Of a DNA stretch of 49,571 nucleotides, positions 17,877 to 27,491 are shown one piece after another. Below the pieces are notes generated by a model, which worked only from the letters and a program-made list of their open reading frames with translations, was not told the origin of the DNA and made no database searches. This stretch comes from Patescibacteria group bacterium (lineage in GTDB: Bacteria > Patescibacteriota > Patescibacteriia > Buchananbacterales > UBA6539): the NCBI GenBank assembly GCA_041662625.1, contig JBAZSB010000001.1, positions 1 to 49,571 of the forward strand. Reading direction: 5' to 3'. How positions within the stretch are numbered: position 1 is the first letter of the stretch; every line of letters starts with the position of its first letter. A program made the position numbers and the translations under genes.

Positions 17877-18380
17877 ATGAAAAAACGTCAGGGTTTTACT
17901 TTGATTGAGCTATTGATCGTTATTGGGGTGATTGCGATTTTAGCCGGTATTATCTATGTCGCTGTTGATCCCGCCCGCCGACTGGCTGAGGCCAGAAATG
18001 CCGAACGCTGGAGTTCAGTTAATGCGGTTCTGAATGCCGTTTTAAAGTACACGGTTGACCAAAGTGGCCTATTACCAGCCACGGCCACGGCAATCGATAG
18101 CGCCGCTGGCACGGTCCAAATTATTGGTGAAGGCGGCACCGCCTGTGATTTAGTTACCTGCACCGGTGAAACAGTCGCTGGTTCCAATTGTTTTGTTTCT
18201 GGCCTGGATACCGATCTGGTTGATAATTATTTGGCTGCTATTCCGGAAGATCCAAGTACTGGTAGTGCTGCGAACACGAGGTATTTTATCAACAAAAGTG
18301 CTAATGGCCGAATTACCGTTGGCGCATGTGCTGAAGAAACAGTTGGCGGCAGTACCCCAGTAATTAGTGTCAGTCGCTAA
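17877..18380 (+). CDS. Type IV pilin (major pilin paralog 1)
   Basis: MKKRQG|FTLIELLIVIGVIAILAGIIYVAV, with a Cys pair near the C-terminus. Confidence 0.85.
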   Translation: MKKRQGFTLIELLIVIGVIAILAGIIYVAVDPARRLAEARNAERWSSVNAVLNAVLKYTVDQSGLLPATATAIDSAAGTVQIIGEGGTACDLVTCTGETVAGSNCFVSGLDTDLVDNYLAAIPEDPSTGSAANTRYFINKSANGRITVGACAEETVGGSTPVISVSR

Positions 18381-18409
18381 TTAATTTCTTTACATAAGGA
18401 GATAAACTT

Positions 18410-18865
18410 ATGAAAAAACGTCAGGGCTTTACTTTGATTGAGCTTTTGATTGTCATTGTTATTATTGCGATTTTAGCCGGTATTATCTACGTCGCGGTTG
18501 ATCCGGCCACGCGATTCAAACAGGCCAGAAATGCCGAACGTTGGAGTTCAGTTAATTCGATTCTGAATGCTTACCTAAAATATGCCGTGGATAATGACGG
18601 TGACGATCCAGCCAATCCGAATTTAGTTGGGAGCACTAAGTATATGATTGGCAGCGGCAGTGATTATGCTGATTGTGGGACAACAGCAGTTACCAACTTA
18701 TCGAATTTAGTCAGCAAATACATTGCCGAAATTCCGGTTGACCCAAAGGTTAGTGGGGCCAGTCAGACCAAAACCTACTATTACATTCTCAAGGACACCA
18801 ATGGCCGAATTACTGTTGGCGCTTGTGCTGCGGAGTTAGGGGTTGATATTAAAGTAACGCGTTAG
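18410..18865 (+). CDS. Type IV pilin (major pilin paralog 2)
   Basis: The first ~55 aa are nearly identical to paralog 1 and the C-terminal half diverges. Shared ending NGRITVGACA. SD aaggaga. Confidence 0.85.
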   Translation: MKKRQGFTLIELLIVIVIIAILAGIIYVAVDPATRFKQARNAERWSSVNSILNAYLKYAVDNDGDDPANPNLVGSTKYMIGSGSDYADCGTTAVTNLSNLVSKYIAEIPVDPKVSGASQTKTYYYILKDTNGRITVGACAAELGVDIKVTR

Positions 18866-18883
18866 AAAATTTTTCGTTATTGT

Positions 18884-18930
18884 AAAAAACCAGTAGTGGC
18901 CGGTCAAAAGCCGGTCAGTGCTGGTTTTTT
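18884..18930 (+). terminator. Terminator after the pilin pair
   Basis: aaaaaaccag...ctggtttttt hairpin with a GC-rich interior. Confidence 0.55.
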
Positions 18931-18985
18931 CAATTCAGCAATTTATGGTATAATTAGATATAGATAATAGGCTTGAATATTTAGT

Positions 18986-19498
18986 ATGATTAAAAAGGCA
19001 GTATTTATTATCGCCCAACATGATTTCCGCGACGAGGAGCTGCTGGTCACCAAAGAAGTCCTGGACAAGCGGAAAATCGAGACCAAAGTTGCCAGTAAAA
19101 CTCGGCATAAAGCTTTGGGTAAATTGGGAACAGAAATTAAGCCTGATTTAGCCATGCCGGAAATTGAGGTGGCTGATTTTGATGCCATCATCTTTGTTGG
19201 CGGTCGCGGTGCGAGGGATTATCTTTTTGATGATGATGCTTTAAAGTTAGTCAAAGATTTTAAAGGTCAGGGCAAAATTTTAGGCGGCATCTGTATTGGG
19301 CCATCAATTTTAGCTAATGCCGGAGTTCTGATTGGCAGAACCGTTACGGCTTTTCCGACCGAAGAAGAAAATATAAGAAATAAGGGAGCTGACTATACCG
19401 GGATGCCGGTGGAAGTTGATGGTAATATTGTGACGGCCAAAGACCCCACTGCGGCCAAAGAATTTGGGGAAAAATTAGCCTATCTTTTGGAAGATTAA
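18986..19498 (+). CDS. DJ-1/PfpI family protein
   Basis: 170 aa with the nucleophile-elbow context GGICIGPSILANAG. Confidence 0.85.
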   Translation: MIKKAVFIIAQHDFRDEELLVTKEVLDKRKIETKVASKTRHKALGKLGTEIKPDLAMPEIEVADFDAIIFVGGRGARDYLFDDDALKLVKDFKGQGKILGGICIGPSILANAGVLIGRTVTAFPTEEENIRNKGADYTGMPVEVDGNIVTAKDPTAAKEFGEKLAYLLED

Positions 19499-19519
19499 GT
19501 TAAACTTTAAATAAATCAG

Positions 19520-19541
19520 CCCCGCTTTCGGCGGGGTTTTT
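19520..19541 (+). terminator. Rho-independent terminator
   Basis: ccccgc-tttcg-gcgggg followed by ttttt. Confidence 0.7.
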
Positions 19542-19549
19542 CAGTTGGC

Positions 19550-19579
19550 TTGACTCGTCTTTTGGTTGTGCCTTATAAT
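19550..19579 (+). promoter_or_regulatory. Orphan + strand promoter facing into the antisense strand of cassette B
   Basis: TTGACT (19550-19555), 18 nt, TATAAT (19574-19579). No + strand CDS with coding character follows. Confidence 0.4.
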
Positions 19580-19682
19580 AAAGAAACAAATAAATATTAA
19601 GCTAATTTTTAATCAAAGGGCAGAAAGCCCTTAGTTTGACGTTGGTCTTATTCAATCAAACAAAGTCACTACCCTTTAGGGA

Positions 19683-19718
19683 AAGAAAAAGACTCTCCGC
19701 GCGCAGGGGCGGGGAGAG
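19683..19718 (-). terminator. Terminator of cassette B
   Basis: Minus strand ctctccccgcccctgcgcgcggagag followed by tctttttcttt. Confidence 0.6.
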
Positions 19719-19747
19719 CCGTGATAGCACTGGTGGCTCAATTGTCG

Positions 19748-20047
19748 TTACTCCGACAAGGATGGCAGCAAATCGCGGACAACAATCTCCGCCTCGGAGT
19801 CGTCGCCGGCGATTTCGCGGCACATCTTCTTTGCCGCTTCTTGGTGCGCGGCGCACGCCAGAACGTTGACCAGCGGAGACTTTGTCGGGCCATCCTTGGG
19901 GATAGCCTGCACGTAGATCGTGGCCGTTTGGGCCGGACCTTTGGCTGCCTCATCCGGCACGTCGGTGCAGATCACGCATTTCAAATCGGGAGATTGCCGC
20001 GGCAGAGCCAAACTTGTTGTTGGTGCTTCAGCTGTTTCAGTTGTCAT
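19748..20047 (-). CDS. GC-rich hypothetical protein, 99 aa (CxxC plus two further Cys)
   Basis: ORF preceded by ggaggg 7 nt before the ATG. GC-rich codons. No family recognised. Confidence 0.55.
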   Translation of the reverse strand: MTTETAEAPTTSLALPRQSPDLKCVICTDVPDEAAKGPAQTATIYVQAIPKDGPTKSPLVNVLACAAHQEAAKKMCREIAGDDSEAEIVVRDLLPSLSE

Positions 20048-20097
20048 GGCGTTACCCTCCTAGATTTTTAGACAACTTCTCATGAAACCGATGACTC

Positions 20098-20126
20098 AAA
20101 TTATCATATAATAATTAGTTTGTCAA
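20098..20126 (-). promoter_or_regulatory. Putative promoter of cassette B
   Basis: Minus strand TTGACA-aactaattattatatga(17)-TAATTT. Overlaps the divergent uvrB upstream region. Confidence 0.45.
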
Positions 20127-20132
20127 GCTGCT

Positions 20133-22067
20133 ATGCCTAAATTTGACCTACAATCCAATTTTAAACCTCGCGGCAGTCAGCCCGAGGCGATTAAACAGCT
20201 TGTCGCTGGCTACAAAAAATATCCTCAGCAGACGCTTTTAGGTGTGACCGGGTCAGGCAAGACTTTTACTATTGCCAACGTAATTCAGCAGATTCAAAAG
20301 CCGACTTTGGTTTTATCGCATAATAAAACTTTGGCCGCCCAGCTTTTTCAGGAATTCCAAACCTTTTTTCCCAAAAACAAAGTCTGTTATTTTGTTTCTT
20401 ATTATGATTATTACCAACCGGAAAGCTATCTGCCGGCTTCCGATACTTATATTGAAAAAGATGCCACCATTAACGAGGTAATTGAGCGTTTGCGTCTGGA
20501 AGCGGCCACTTCCTTACTGGCTAGAGAAGATGTGATTGTCGTGTCTTCGGTTTCCTGTATTTACGCTTTTGGCCAGCCGGCTGATTTTGAAGGTGAAAGT
20601 TTTCATTTGACCGTTGGCCAAAAACTGGATAAACGCGATTTGCTGGCGGCCTTGATAAAAATTCAGTACGAAAGAAATGATACGGAATTACGCTTTGGCC
20701 GGTTTCGAGTCCGGGGCGATAGTATTGATATTATTCAGGGATCAGCCAACAGCAACATTGTCAGGATTCAGTTGTTTGATGAGGTGATTGAAGCGATTTC
20801 TGATGTTGACCGAAACACCGGTCGAAAAATTAATGACCTGCGCGATGTCTTTATTTATCCGGCTAAACCATTTGTCGTTCCTGAAAATAGGTTGTACCCA
20901 GCTTTAGATTCAATCAGAAAGGAATTGCAGGAGCGTTTACCAGAGCTTGATACACTTGAGGCTTATCGGCTTAAGCAGCGGACCAACTATGATTTAGAAA
21001 TGCTTGATCAGCTCGGTTACTGCAAGGGTATGGAAAATTATTCGCGCCATTTTGACAATCGAAAGCCCGGCCAGCCGCCGTTTACTTTGCTTGATTTTTT
21101 TGAATATGCCGCCAGGGACTGGTTGCTGGTGATTGATGAAAGCCACCAGTCAATTCCGCAAATCGGCGGAATGTATCATGGGGATTATGCCCGAAAGAAA
21201 AATTTAATTGACTATGGCTTTCGTCTGCCCTCAGCCTACGATAACCGACCCTTAAAATTCAAAGAATTTGAAAAATACCAAAAGCACGTGATTTATACTT
21301 CGGCCACGCCGGCTGATTATGAATTGACCAGTAGTGGTCAGGTTGTTGAGCAGATCATCCGGCCAACTGGCTTGGTTGATCCGCCCATTGTTGTTCGGCC
21401 TGTTGAGGGTCAGGTGCCGGATTTACTTTCGGAGATTAAAAAAGTTACCGGGAAAGGTTATCGGGTCTTAGTGACAACTTTGACCAAAAGGCTGGCCGAA
21501 GATTTGGCCACTTATCTGGTTGACCAGGGGATTAAGGCAGTTTATCTTCATTCCGAAATTGAAACTTTGATGAGAATAAAAATTATTCATGATTTGCGAA
21601 TTGGTAAATACGATGTTTTGGTCGGCATTAATTTGCTGCGGGAAGGTTTGGATTTGCCGGAAGTGGCTTTGGTGGCGATTTTAGACGCAGACAAAGAAGG
21701 CTTTTTGAGAAATGCACGAAGTCTGATTCAGACCGCCGGCCGGGCGGCCAGAAATGTTGATTCCAAAGTAATAATGTATGCGGCCCGCCAAACTGGATCA
21801 ATTAAAGAAGCCATTGCCGAAACTAATCGCCGGCGGGAAATTCAGACCGCTTATAATAAAAAACACGGCATTACGCCGAAAAGCATTATCAAAGCCATTG
21901 CCGAAGAAGAAGTAGTTGTAGAGCCGGGAGAGAAAGGCCGTGAGTTTAATTTGGATAATTTAATTATTGATTTGGAAGGGCAGATGAGATTTGCCGCTGA
22001 GTCGTTGAACTTCGAGAAGGCAATTGAGTTAAGAGATAAATTAGAGAAGTTAAAGAAGAAGTTATGA
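20133..22067 (+). CDS. uvrB: Excinuclease ABC subunit B
   Basis: 644 aa with GVTGSGKT Walker A, DESH box, helicase motifs and a C-terminal UVR domain (FEKAIELRDKL). Confidence 0.95.
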   Translation: MPKFDLQSNFKPRGSQPEAIKQLVAGYKKYPQQTLLGVTGSGKTFTIANVIQQIQKPTLVLSHNKTLAAQLFQEFQTFFPKNKVCYFVSYYDYYQPESYLPASDTYIEKDATINEVIERLRLEAATSLLAREDVIVVSSVSCIYAFGQPADFEGESFHLTVGQKLDKRDLLAALIKIQYERNDTELRFGRFRVRGDSIDIIQGSANSNIVRIQLFDEVIEAISDVDRNTGRKINDLRDVFIYPAKPFVVPENRLYPALDSIRKELQERLPELDTLEAYRLKQRTNYDLEMLDQLGYCKGMENYSRHFDNRKPGQPPFTLLDFFEYAARDWLLVIDESHQSIPQIGGMYHGDYARKKNLIDYGFRLPSAYDNRPLKFKEFEKYQKHVIYTSATPADYELTSSGQVVEQIIRPTGLVDPPIVVRPVEGQVPDLLSEIKKVTGKGYRVLVTTLTKRLAEDLATYLVDQGIKAVYLHSEIETLMRIKIIHDLRIGKYDVLVGINLLREGLDLPEVALVAILDADKEGFLRNARSLIQTAGRAARNVDSKVIMYAARQTGSIKEAIAETNRRREIQTAYNKKHGITPKSIIKAIAEEEVVVEPGEKGREFNLDNLIIDLEGQMRFAAESLNFEKAIELRDKLEKLKKKL

Positions 22068-22131
22068 TAAAGTTCTTCTTCCTGTAGGGAAAAGATACCC
22101 GAAGTGCAGACGAGAAGGAAGAATAAAAAGT

Positions 22132-22475
22132 ATGAAAAATAAATTAGTTAACTTAGCTAGGCAATTAAAAAAAATCAGACTGATTATGAGGCAAGACTTT
22201 GGAGCATGCTTCGTGACAGAAGATTTAATGATTTTAAATTTGTCAGGCAATACCCGATTGGCAGATATATAACGGATTTTTGTTGTCGGAAGAAGAAATT
22301 AATTATTGAATTGGACGGCGGGCAACACAACGAAGATAAAAATTTTAAATACGACCAAATTAGAGATAGATATTTAGAATCAAGGGGATATAAAGTAATG
22401 CGGATTCCCAATAATGAGTTGGATGAGAATTTAGATGGCGTGGGTGATGATATTTATTACGAGTTGAATCGTTAA
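22132..22475 (+). pseudogene. DUF559 (Vsr-like endonuclease fold) gene with a frameshift in an A8 tract
   Basis: MKNKLVNLARQLKK in one frame. The expected continuation NQTDYEARLWSMLRDRRF...IELDGGQH is in another frame. The switch lies at the A8 run 22167-22174, and one extra A would fuse the two. Confidence 0.7.
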
Positions 22476-22687
22476 CACCCCTCATCCGCCTCTCGACTCC
22501 ACTTCGATAAATTTAGGGTCGCTCGAGGCACCTTCTCCCCGTTTGAGACGGGGAGAAGGGAAAGGCTAATCTTTGCCCCTCGCCCCACCTCAAGTGGGGA
22601 GAGGGTGTCCCGACGTTCCTTAAATTAACTTAGGAAAAGTCGGGACGGGTGAGGGGACTTAAAATCACAAAACTTTATCAATAAAAT

Positions 22688-25507
22688 ATGTCTGATCAAT
22701 ATATTACAATTCGCGGAGCCCGCGAGCACAATCTCAAAAACATCAACGTGGATATCCCGATTGATAAGCTGACTGTTGTCACCGGCTTATCTGGTTCGGG
22801 AAAATCGACACTGGCTTTTGATACGCTTTATGCCGAAGGTCAACGGCGCTACGTAGAATCATTATCGGCTTATGCCCGGCAGTTTTTGGGCTTGATGAAT
22901 AAGCCGGACGTGGATAAAATCACCGGGCTTTCGCCGGCAATTTCGATTGAACAAAAATCAATTTCCAAAAATCCGCGGTCAACTGTTGGGACAATCACGG
23001 AAATTAATGATTATCTGCGTTTGCTTTTTGCCCGAGTCGGTATCCCGCATTGTCCAAATTGCGGCGACCGGATTGTTTCCCAGTCAGTTGAGTCAATTGT
23101 CGAAAACCTGATGAAAGAAAAGCCGGGAACCAAATTAATCATTATGGCGCCGGTAATTCGGGCGAAAAAAGGCACTTATGAACAGCAGTTTAAAGACTGG
23201 AATAAGCGCGGATTTAGTCACATTCGCGTTGATGGCAAACTTTATAGCTTAGTTGATTGGTCTGATATTAAATTAAAAAAACAGAATAAACATAATATTG
23301 AAATTGTTATTGATCGGCTGGTTTTGAAAAAAGGTATTACTAGTCGGTTAAGCGAAGCAATTGAAACGGCCGGTGCGGAAACCAAAGGTTTAATTTTGGT
23401 TGCTGTGGGCAACCAGGAAAAGTTATTTTCCCAGCATAATGCTTGTGTTAAATGCGGTATTTCCTTGGAAGATTTACAGCCGCGAATGTTTTCTTTTAAT
23501 TCACCCTTTGGCGCCTGCCCACAGTGTCATGGCCTGGGCTTTTTACAGCAAGTTGATCCGGATTTGGTTGTACCTGATAAAAATTTGTCTTTAGCCGAAG
23601 GCGCGATTAAGCCTTGGAAGACCCATGGCGAAGGCTGGCGCAACCAGCAGCTTGACGGGTTAGCCAAACATTTTCATTTCGATTTGTGGACGCCTTGGAA
23701 AAATTTACCGCAAAAAGTTAGAGATATTATTTTGTCTGGCACGTCTGAAGAAATTAAATTTAATGTTCAGTCTTGGCAAAGCGAAATGAGCCATAGTTGG
23801 ACTGGCCAGTTTGAAGGCATAATTCCCCAAATTGAAAGATTATATAAACAGACCGAATCAGAATGGCGCCGGCAGGAAATGGAAAAATTCATGCGTTTGG
23901 GTGACTGCCCGGCTTGTCAGGGCAAAAGATTAAAACCCGAAGTTTTGGCTGTAACCATTAGTAATAAAAATATTTGGGAAGTTTCAGAATTTTCTATTCG
24001 TCAGGCCTTGGAATTTTTTAGTAATTTGAATTTGACTAAAGAACAAACAGAAATTGCCCGCCTGATTCTTAAAGAAATTGAAAATCGGTTGAAGTTTTTA
24101 ATCAATGTCGGCCTGGATTACTTGACTCTGTCACGAGCGGCTCAAAGTTTGTCTGGCGGCGAAGCCCAACGGATCAGATTAGCCACCCAAATCGGTTCCG
24201 AGTTGCGCGGAGTTTTGTATATTTTAGATGAGCCGTCAATCGGCTTGCATCAGCGCGACAATGAAAAATTGATTAATACTTTAAAGCGCTTGCGCGATTT
24301 GGGTAATACGGTGATTGTGGTTGAACATGATGCGGAAACGATTTTAACTGCTGATTATGTTTTGGATTTAGGTCCAGGTGCAGGCATTCACGGCGGGCAA
24401 GTCGTTTGTGCTGGCACACCAGTGGAAATTAAAAAATGTCCGGAGTCAATTACCGGTCAGTATCTGGCGGGGAAAAAAGAAATTCCCATTCCCGATAAAA
24501 GGCGCAAAGCTTTTGATTATTTAGAAATAATCGGCGCCACTGAACATAATTTGAAAAATATCGACGTCAAAATTCCGCTTAAAGTTTTTAGTTGTGTCAC
24601 TGGCGTTTCCGGCTCGGGTAAAAGTACTTTGGTCAATGATATTTTGTATAAGGCATTATATAAAATTTTTTGGGCTAGTACTGACAAGCCGGGCAAACAC
24701 AAAGCCTTGAAGGGTTATGGCCAGTTAGACAAAGCAGTTTTGGTTGATCAGTCGCCGATTGGCCGGACTCCGCGCAGTAATCCCGCCACTTATATTGGCG
24801 TTTTCACGCCAATTCGTGAGCTTTTTGCCCAAACCCAGGAGGCCCGGGCGCGGGGTTATAAGGCGGGTCGCTTTTCTTTTAATGTGCCCGGTGGTCGCTG
24901 CGAGGAATGTGAAGGCGATGGCGTGAAAAAAATCGAGATGCATTTTTTGCCTGATGTTTATGTTGAGTGCGAAAAATGTAAGGGTAGCCGCTATAACCAG
25001 GAAACTTTAGCCATTAATTACAAAGGTAAAAATATTGCCGAAGTTTTAAAAATGACAGTTGAAGAAGCCTTGGAGTTTTTCAAAAATATTCCTGCCATTA
25101 ATCATAAGTTCCAGACTCTTTACGATGTCGGCTTAGGCTATATCACTTTGGGTCAGGCCGCCACAACTTTATCCGGCGGTGAGGCTCAGCGGATTAAACT
25201 GACCGCTGAACTGGCGCGCAAAGGCGGCGACACTTTGTATATTTTAGACGAACCGACCACGGGCCTTCATTTTGCTGATGTTAATAAATTATTGAGTGTT
25301 TTGAACCGTTTGGTGGACAAAGGTAATTCGGTTTTGGTTATTGAACATAATTTAGACGTGGTTAAGTCAGCTGACTGGGTGATTGATTTGGGTCCAGAAG
25401 GCGGGGATAAAGGCGGGCGGGTGATTGCCGAAGGGACGCCAGAAAAAATTGCCAAGTGTGCCAAGTGGAGCTATACCGGAAAGTATCTTAAGGAAGTGCT
25501 TGGTTAG
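22688..25507 (+). CDS. uvrA: Excinuclease ABC subunit A
   Basis: 939 aa with two ABC modules ([18 protein letters not shown]; LSGGEAQR twice) and zinc-finger Cys clusters. Confidence 0.95.
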   Translation: MSDQYITIRGAREHNLKNINVDIPIDKLTVVTGLSGSGKSTLAFDTLYAEGQRRYVESLSAYARQFLGLMNKPDVDKITGLSPAISIEQKSISKNPRSTVGTITEINDYLRLLFARVGIPHCPNCGDRIVSQSVESIVENLMKEKPGTKLIIMAPVIRAKKGTYEQQFKDWNKRGFSHIRVDGKLYSLVDWSDIKLKKQNKHNIEIVIDRLVLKKGITSRLSEAIETAGAETKGLILVAVGNQEKLFSQHNACVKCGISLEDLQPRMFSFNSPFGACPQCHGLGFLQQVDPDLVVPDKNLSLAEGAIKPWKTHGEGWRNQQLDGLAKHFHFDLWTPWKNLPQKVRDIILSGTSEEIKFNVQSWQSEMSHSWTGQFEGIIPQIERLYKQTESEWRRQEMEKFMRLGDCPACQGKRLKPEVLAVTISNKNIWEVSEFSIRQALEFFSNLNLTKEQTEIARLILKEIENRLKFLINVGLDYLTLSRAAQSLSGGEAQRIRLATQIGSELRGVLYILDEPSIGLHQRDNEKLINTLKRLRDLGNTVIVVEHDAETILTADYVLDLGPGAGIHGGQVVCAGTPVEIKKCPESITGQYLAGKKEIPIPDKRRKAFDYLEIIGATEHNLKNIDVKIPLKVFSCVTGVSGSGKSTLVNDILYKALYKIFWASTDKPGKHKALKGYGQLDKAVLVDQSPIGRTPRSNPATYIGVFTPIRELFAQTQEARARGYKAGRFSFNVPGGRCEECEGDGVKKIEMHFLPDVYVECEKCKGSRYNQETLAINYKGKNIAEVLKMTVEEALEFFKNIPAINHKFQTLYDVGLGYITLGQAATTLSGGEAQRIKLTAELARKGGDTLYILDEPTTGLHFADVNKLLSVLNRLVDKGNSVLVIEHNLDVVKSADWVIDLGPEGGDKGGRVIAEGTPEKIAKCAKWSYTGKYLKEVLG

Positions 25508-25551
25508 GGAGTAGGAAGTAGGTTGTAGGTTGTAGGCGGTAGGATTAATAT

Positions 25552-25580
25552 AAAAAAAGAAGGGGTGGTGTCTTACCCCT
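25552..25580 (-). terminator. Terminator of cassette C
   Basis: Minus strand aggggtaagacaccacccct followed by tcttttttt. Confidence 0.65.
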
Positions 25581-25612
25581 CAATGGTCAGGTGTATCGGG
25601 AGTTATTCCTCC

Positions 25613-25819
25613 TTAACTTTCCTGGTAGTTTTCGGCGGGCCTTGGGCAGACCGCAGGCTTGGTCCGGATGAGCCGGCCACCGTAAAAGGCGATCAGCGCC
25701 CAGCCGAGCAAATAGCCTAGGCTTGGCAAGACCGAACCAGTGGTCAACTTCGGTGTCATCACCAGGAAAAACCCCAGCGGACCCAACACTCCCACGACCA
25801 AAAAGTACAACGTTTTCAT
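25613..25819 (-). CDS. GC-rich small membrane protein, 68 aa (two predicted TM helices)
   Basis: MKTLYFLVVGVLGPLGFFLV...LGYLLGWALIAFYGG. SD aggagga 6 nt upstream of the ATG. Preferred over the overlapping 83-aa frame. Confidence 0.55.
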   Translation of the reverse strand: MKTLYFLVVGVLGPLGFFLVMTPKLTTGSVLPSLGYLLGWALIAFYGGRLIRTKPAVCPRPAENYQES

Positions 25820-25862
25820 CGGCGGCTCCTCCTGTCACGAATTGCCAATTCCAACTCTAATT

Positions 25863-25891
25863 AACTTAGTTGATTAGCAAAAAGTTGTCAA
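25863..25891 (-). promoter_or_regulatory. Putative promoter of cassette C
   Basis: Minus strand TTGACA-actttttgctaatcaac(17)-TAAGTT. Confidence 0.45.
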
Positions 25892-25901
25892 ATGCGCCAA
25901 T

Positions 25902-27485
25902 ATGTCTAATTTAGCAAAAAAAATAAAACAAGCACCAAGCCAGCCTGGCTGTTACTTATTCCAAAATGCCGCTGGGTCTGTGATTTATATTGGCAAAGCC
26001 AAAAATATCAAAAAAAGGGTCAGTAGCTATTTTCGCCAGACTAATTTTGATCCCAAAACTCAAGATTTAGTCAAAGAAATAGCTGATGTAGAATTTATCG
26101 TCACTGATAATGAAGTCGAAGCGTTTTTATTGGAAGCGCAGCTGATTAAAAAGTATCAGCCGAAGTATAACCTGGAACTAAAAGGCGGCCAGCGTTATGC
26201 TTATATCCAAATTACTAATGAAAAATTTCCGCGCCTGATTACCACGCGATTGGTTAAAAAGGGAGACCAAGTTTTTGGGCCGTTTACTTCCGGCCAAGCG
26301 CGGCAGGATATTATCCGGCTAGCCGATCGTTTATTCAAACTGCGGATTAATAAAAGAATGTCCAAAAGAGATCAGGCCAAAGGCCGGATTCGTTTGGCCA
26401 CCTCCCCTTGGTTAGAAGAAGTTAGTGAAGAGGAATATGGTCAGCGGCTAGAAAAAGTGATTTTACTTTTGAAGGGCCAGAATAATGAGTTAATCAAGAA
26501 ATTAACCGCTGAGATGAAAGTTTATGCGGAGAAGAAAAATTATGAGCAAGCAAAACTCCGTCGCGATCAAATTTTCGCTTTGGAAAATGTTGCTGAAAGG
26601 CAAAAAATTGAATTACGTAAAGCCTACGATCAGGACGTTATTAACTATCTGGTATTGCCGAACAAAATCATTGTTCAGCTTTTTAATATTAACAAAGGTA
26701 TAATTTCCGGCCGGAAAGAGTTTATTTTGAAAAATAAAATTTCCGGTGATGATCAAGAAAATTTTGTTGATTTCTTAAAGCAATATTATTATACCGAAGA
26801 TATTCCCCAAGAAATTATTTTACCCCAGAATTTAGCGGAGCGAAAAGTACTTGAAGAATATTTTTCTCGCTTGGCCGGTCGAAAAGTTATCATTGCCGTG
26901 CCGCAAAAAGGCGATAAATTAAAACTGCTGGCCTTGGTCAGCAAAAACATTGAGATTACCCTTAACGCTGGGGACAGCAGTTTGCTGGAATTACAAAATC
27001 AGTTAAGCTTGCCGGCTTTACCGCGCCTGATTGAAGCTTTTGATATTTCTAACTTAGGGCCAACTGATGTGGTTGGTTCAATGGTGCAATTTCGTGATGG
27101 CAAGCCTGACAAAAATAATTACCGCCGGTTTAAAATTAAAACTTTTGTCGGTCAGTCAGATTTTGAGGCGATGAAAGAAATAATTTATCGCCGCTACTAT
27201 CGTATCACCAAAGAAAAATCGCAGTTGCCGGATTTGATCATGGTTGACGGCGGCAAGCCGCAGCTGAGTGCAGCTAAATCATCACTAAGGGCACTAGGAA
27301 TGCAAGCGCCAGTTATTGCTTTAGCCAAAAAAGAAGAAGAAATTTATACTTTAAATCGCCATTATCCGCTTAAATTATCTAAGAAATCTGCCGGTTTGAA
27401 ATTATTGCAAAGAATTCGCGATGAGGCTCATCGGTTTGCGATTAATTATCAGCGCTTACTGAGGAACAGAAAAGATTTTGTTTAA
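25902..27485 (+). CDS. uvrC: Excinuclease ABC subunit C (short form)
   Basis: GIY-YIG N-terminus (GCYLF...VIYIGKAKNIKKRV), UVR domain and the C-terminal endonuclease region ending ...RIRDEAHRFAINYQ. 527 aa, and appears to lack the terminal (HhH)2 domain. Confidence 0.9.
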   Translation: MSNLAKKIKQAPSQPGCYLFQNAAGSVIYIGKAKNIKKRVSSYFRQTNFDPKTQDLVKEIADVEFIVTDNEVEAFLLEAQLIKKYQPKYNLELKGGQRYAYIQITNEKFPRLITTRLVKKGDQVFGPFTSGQARQDIIRLADRLFKLRINKRMSKRDQAKGRIRLATSPWLEEVSEEEYGQRLEKVILLLKGQNNELIKKLTAEMKVYAEKKNYEQAKLRRDQIFALENVAERQKIELRKAYDQDVINYLVLPNKIIVQLFNINKGIISGRKEFILKNKISGDDQENFVDFLKQYYYTEDIPQEIILPQNLAERKVLEEYFSRLAGRKVIIAVPQKGDKLKLLALVSKNIEITLNAGDSSLLELQNQLSLPALPRLIEAFDISNLGPTDVVGSMVQFRDGKPDKNNYRRFKIKTFVGQSDFEAMKEIIYRRYYRITKEKSQLPDLIMVDGGKPQLSAAKSSLRALGMQAPVIALAKKEEEIYTLNRHYPLKLSKKSAGLKLLQRIRDEAHRFAINYQRLLRNRKDFV

Positions 27486-27491
27486 AGAAGA

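Noticed and set aside
17790-25545. GT-rich gtaggaagtagg words at 17793-17820 and 25508-25545, as possible half-hairpins whose partner arm was displaced by cassette insertion.
   Set aside because: No complementary cctac-rich arm is visible on either side of cassette C or near the pilin promoter, so there is no supporting evidence.
25587-25838. 83-aa alternative frame in cassette C.
   Set aside because: It lacks an SD. The 68-aa frame has AGGAGGA-N6-ATG and a clean two-TM profile.
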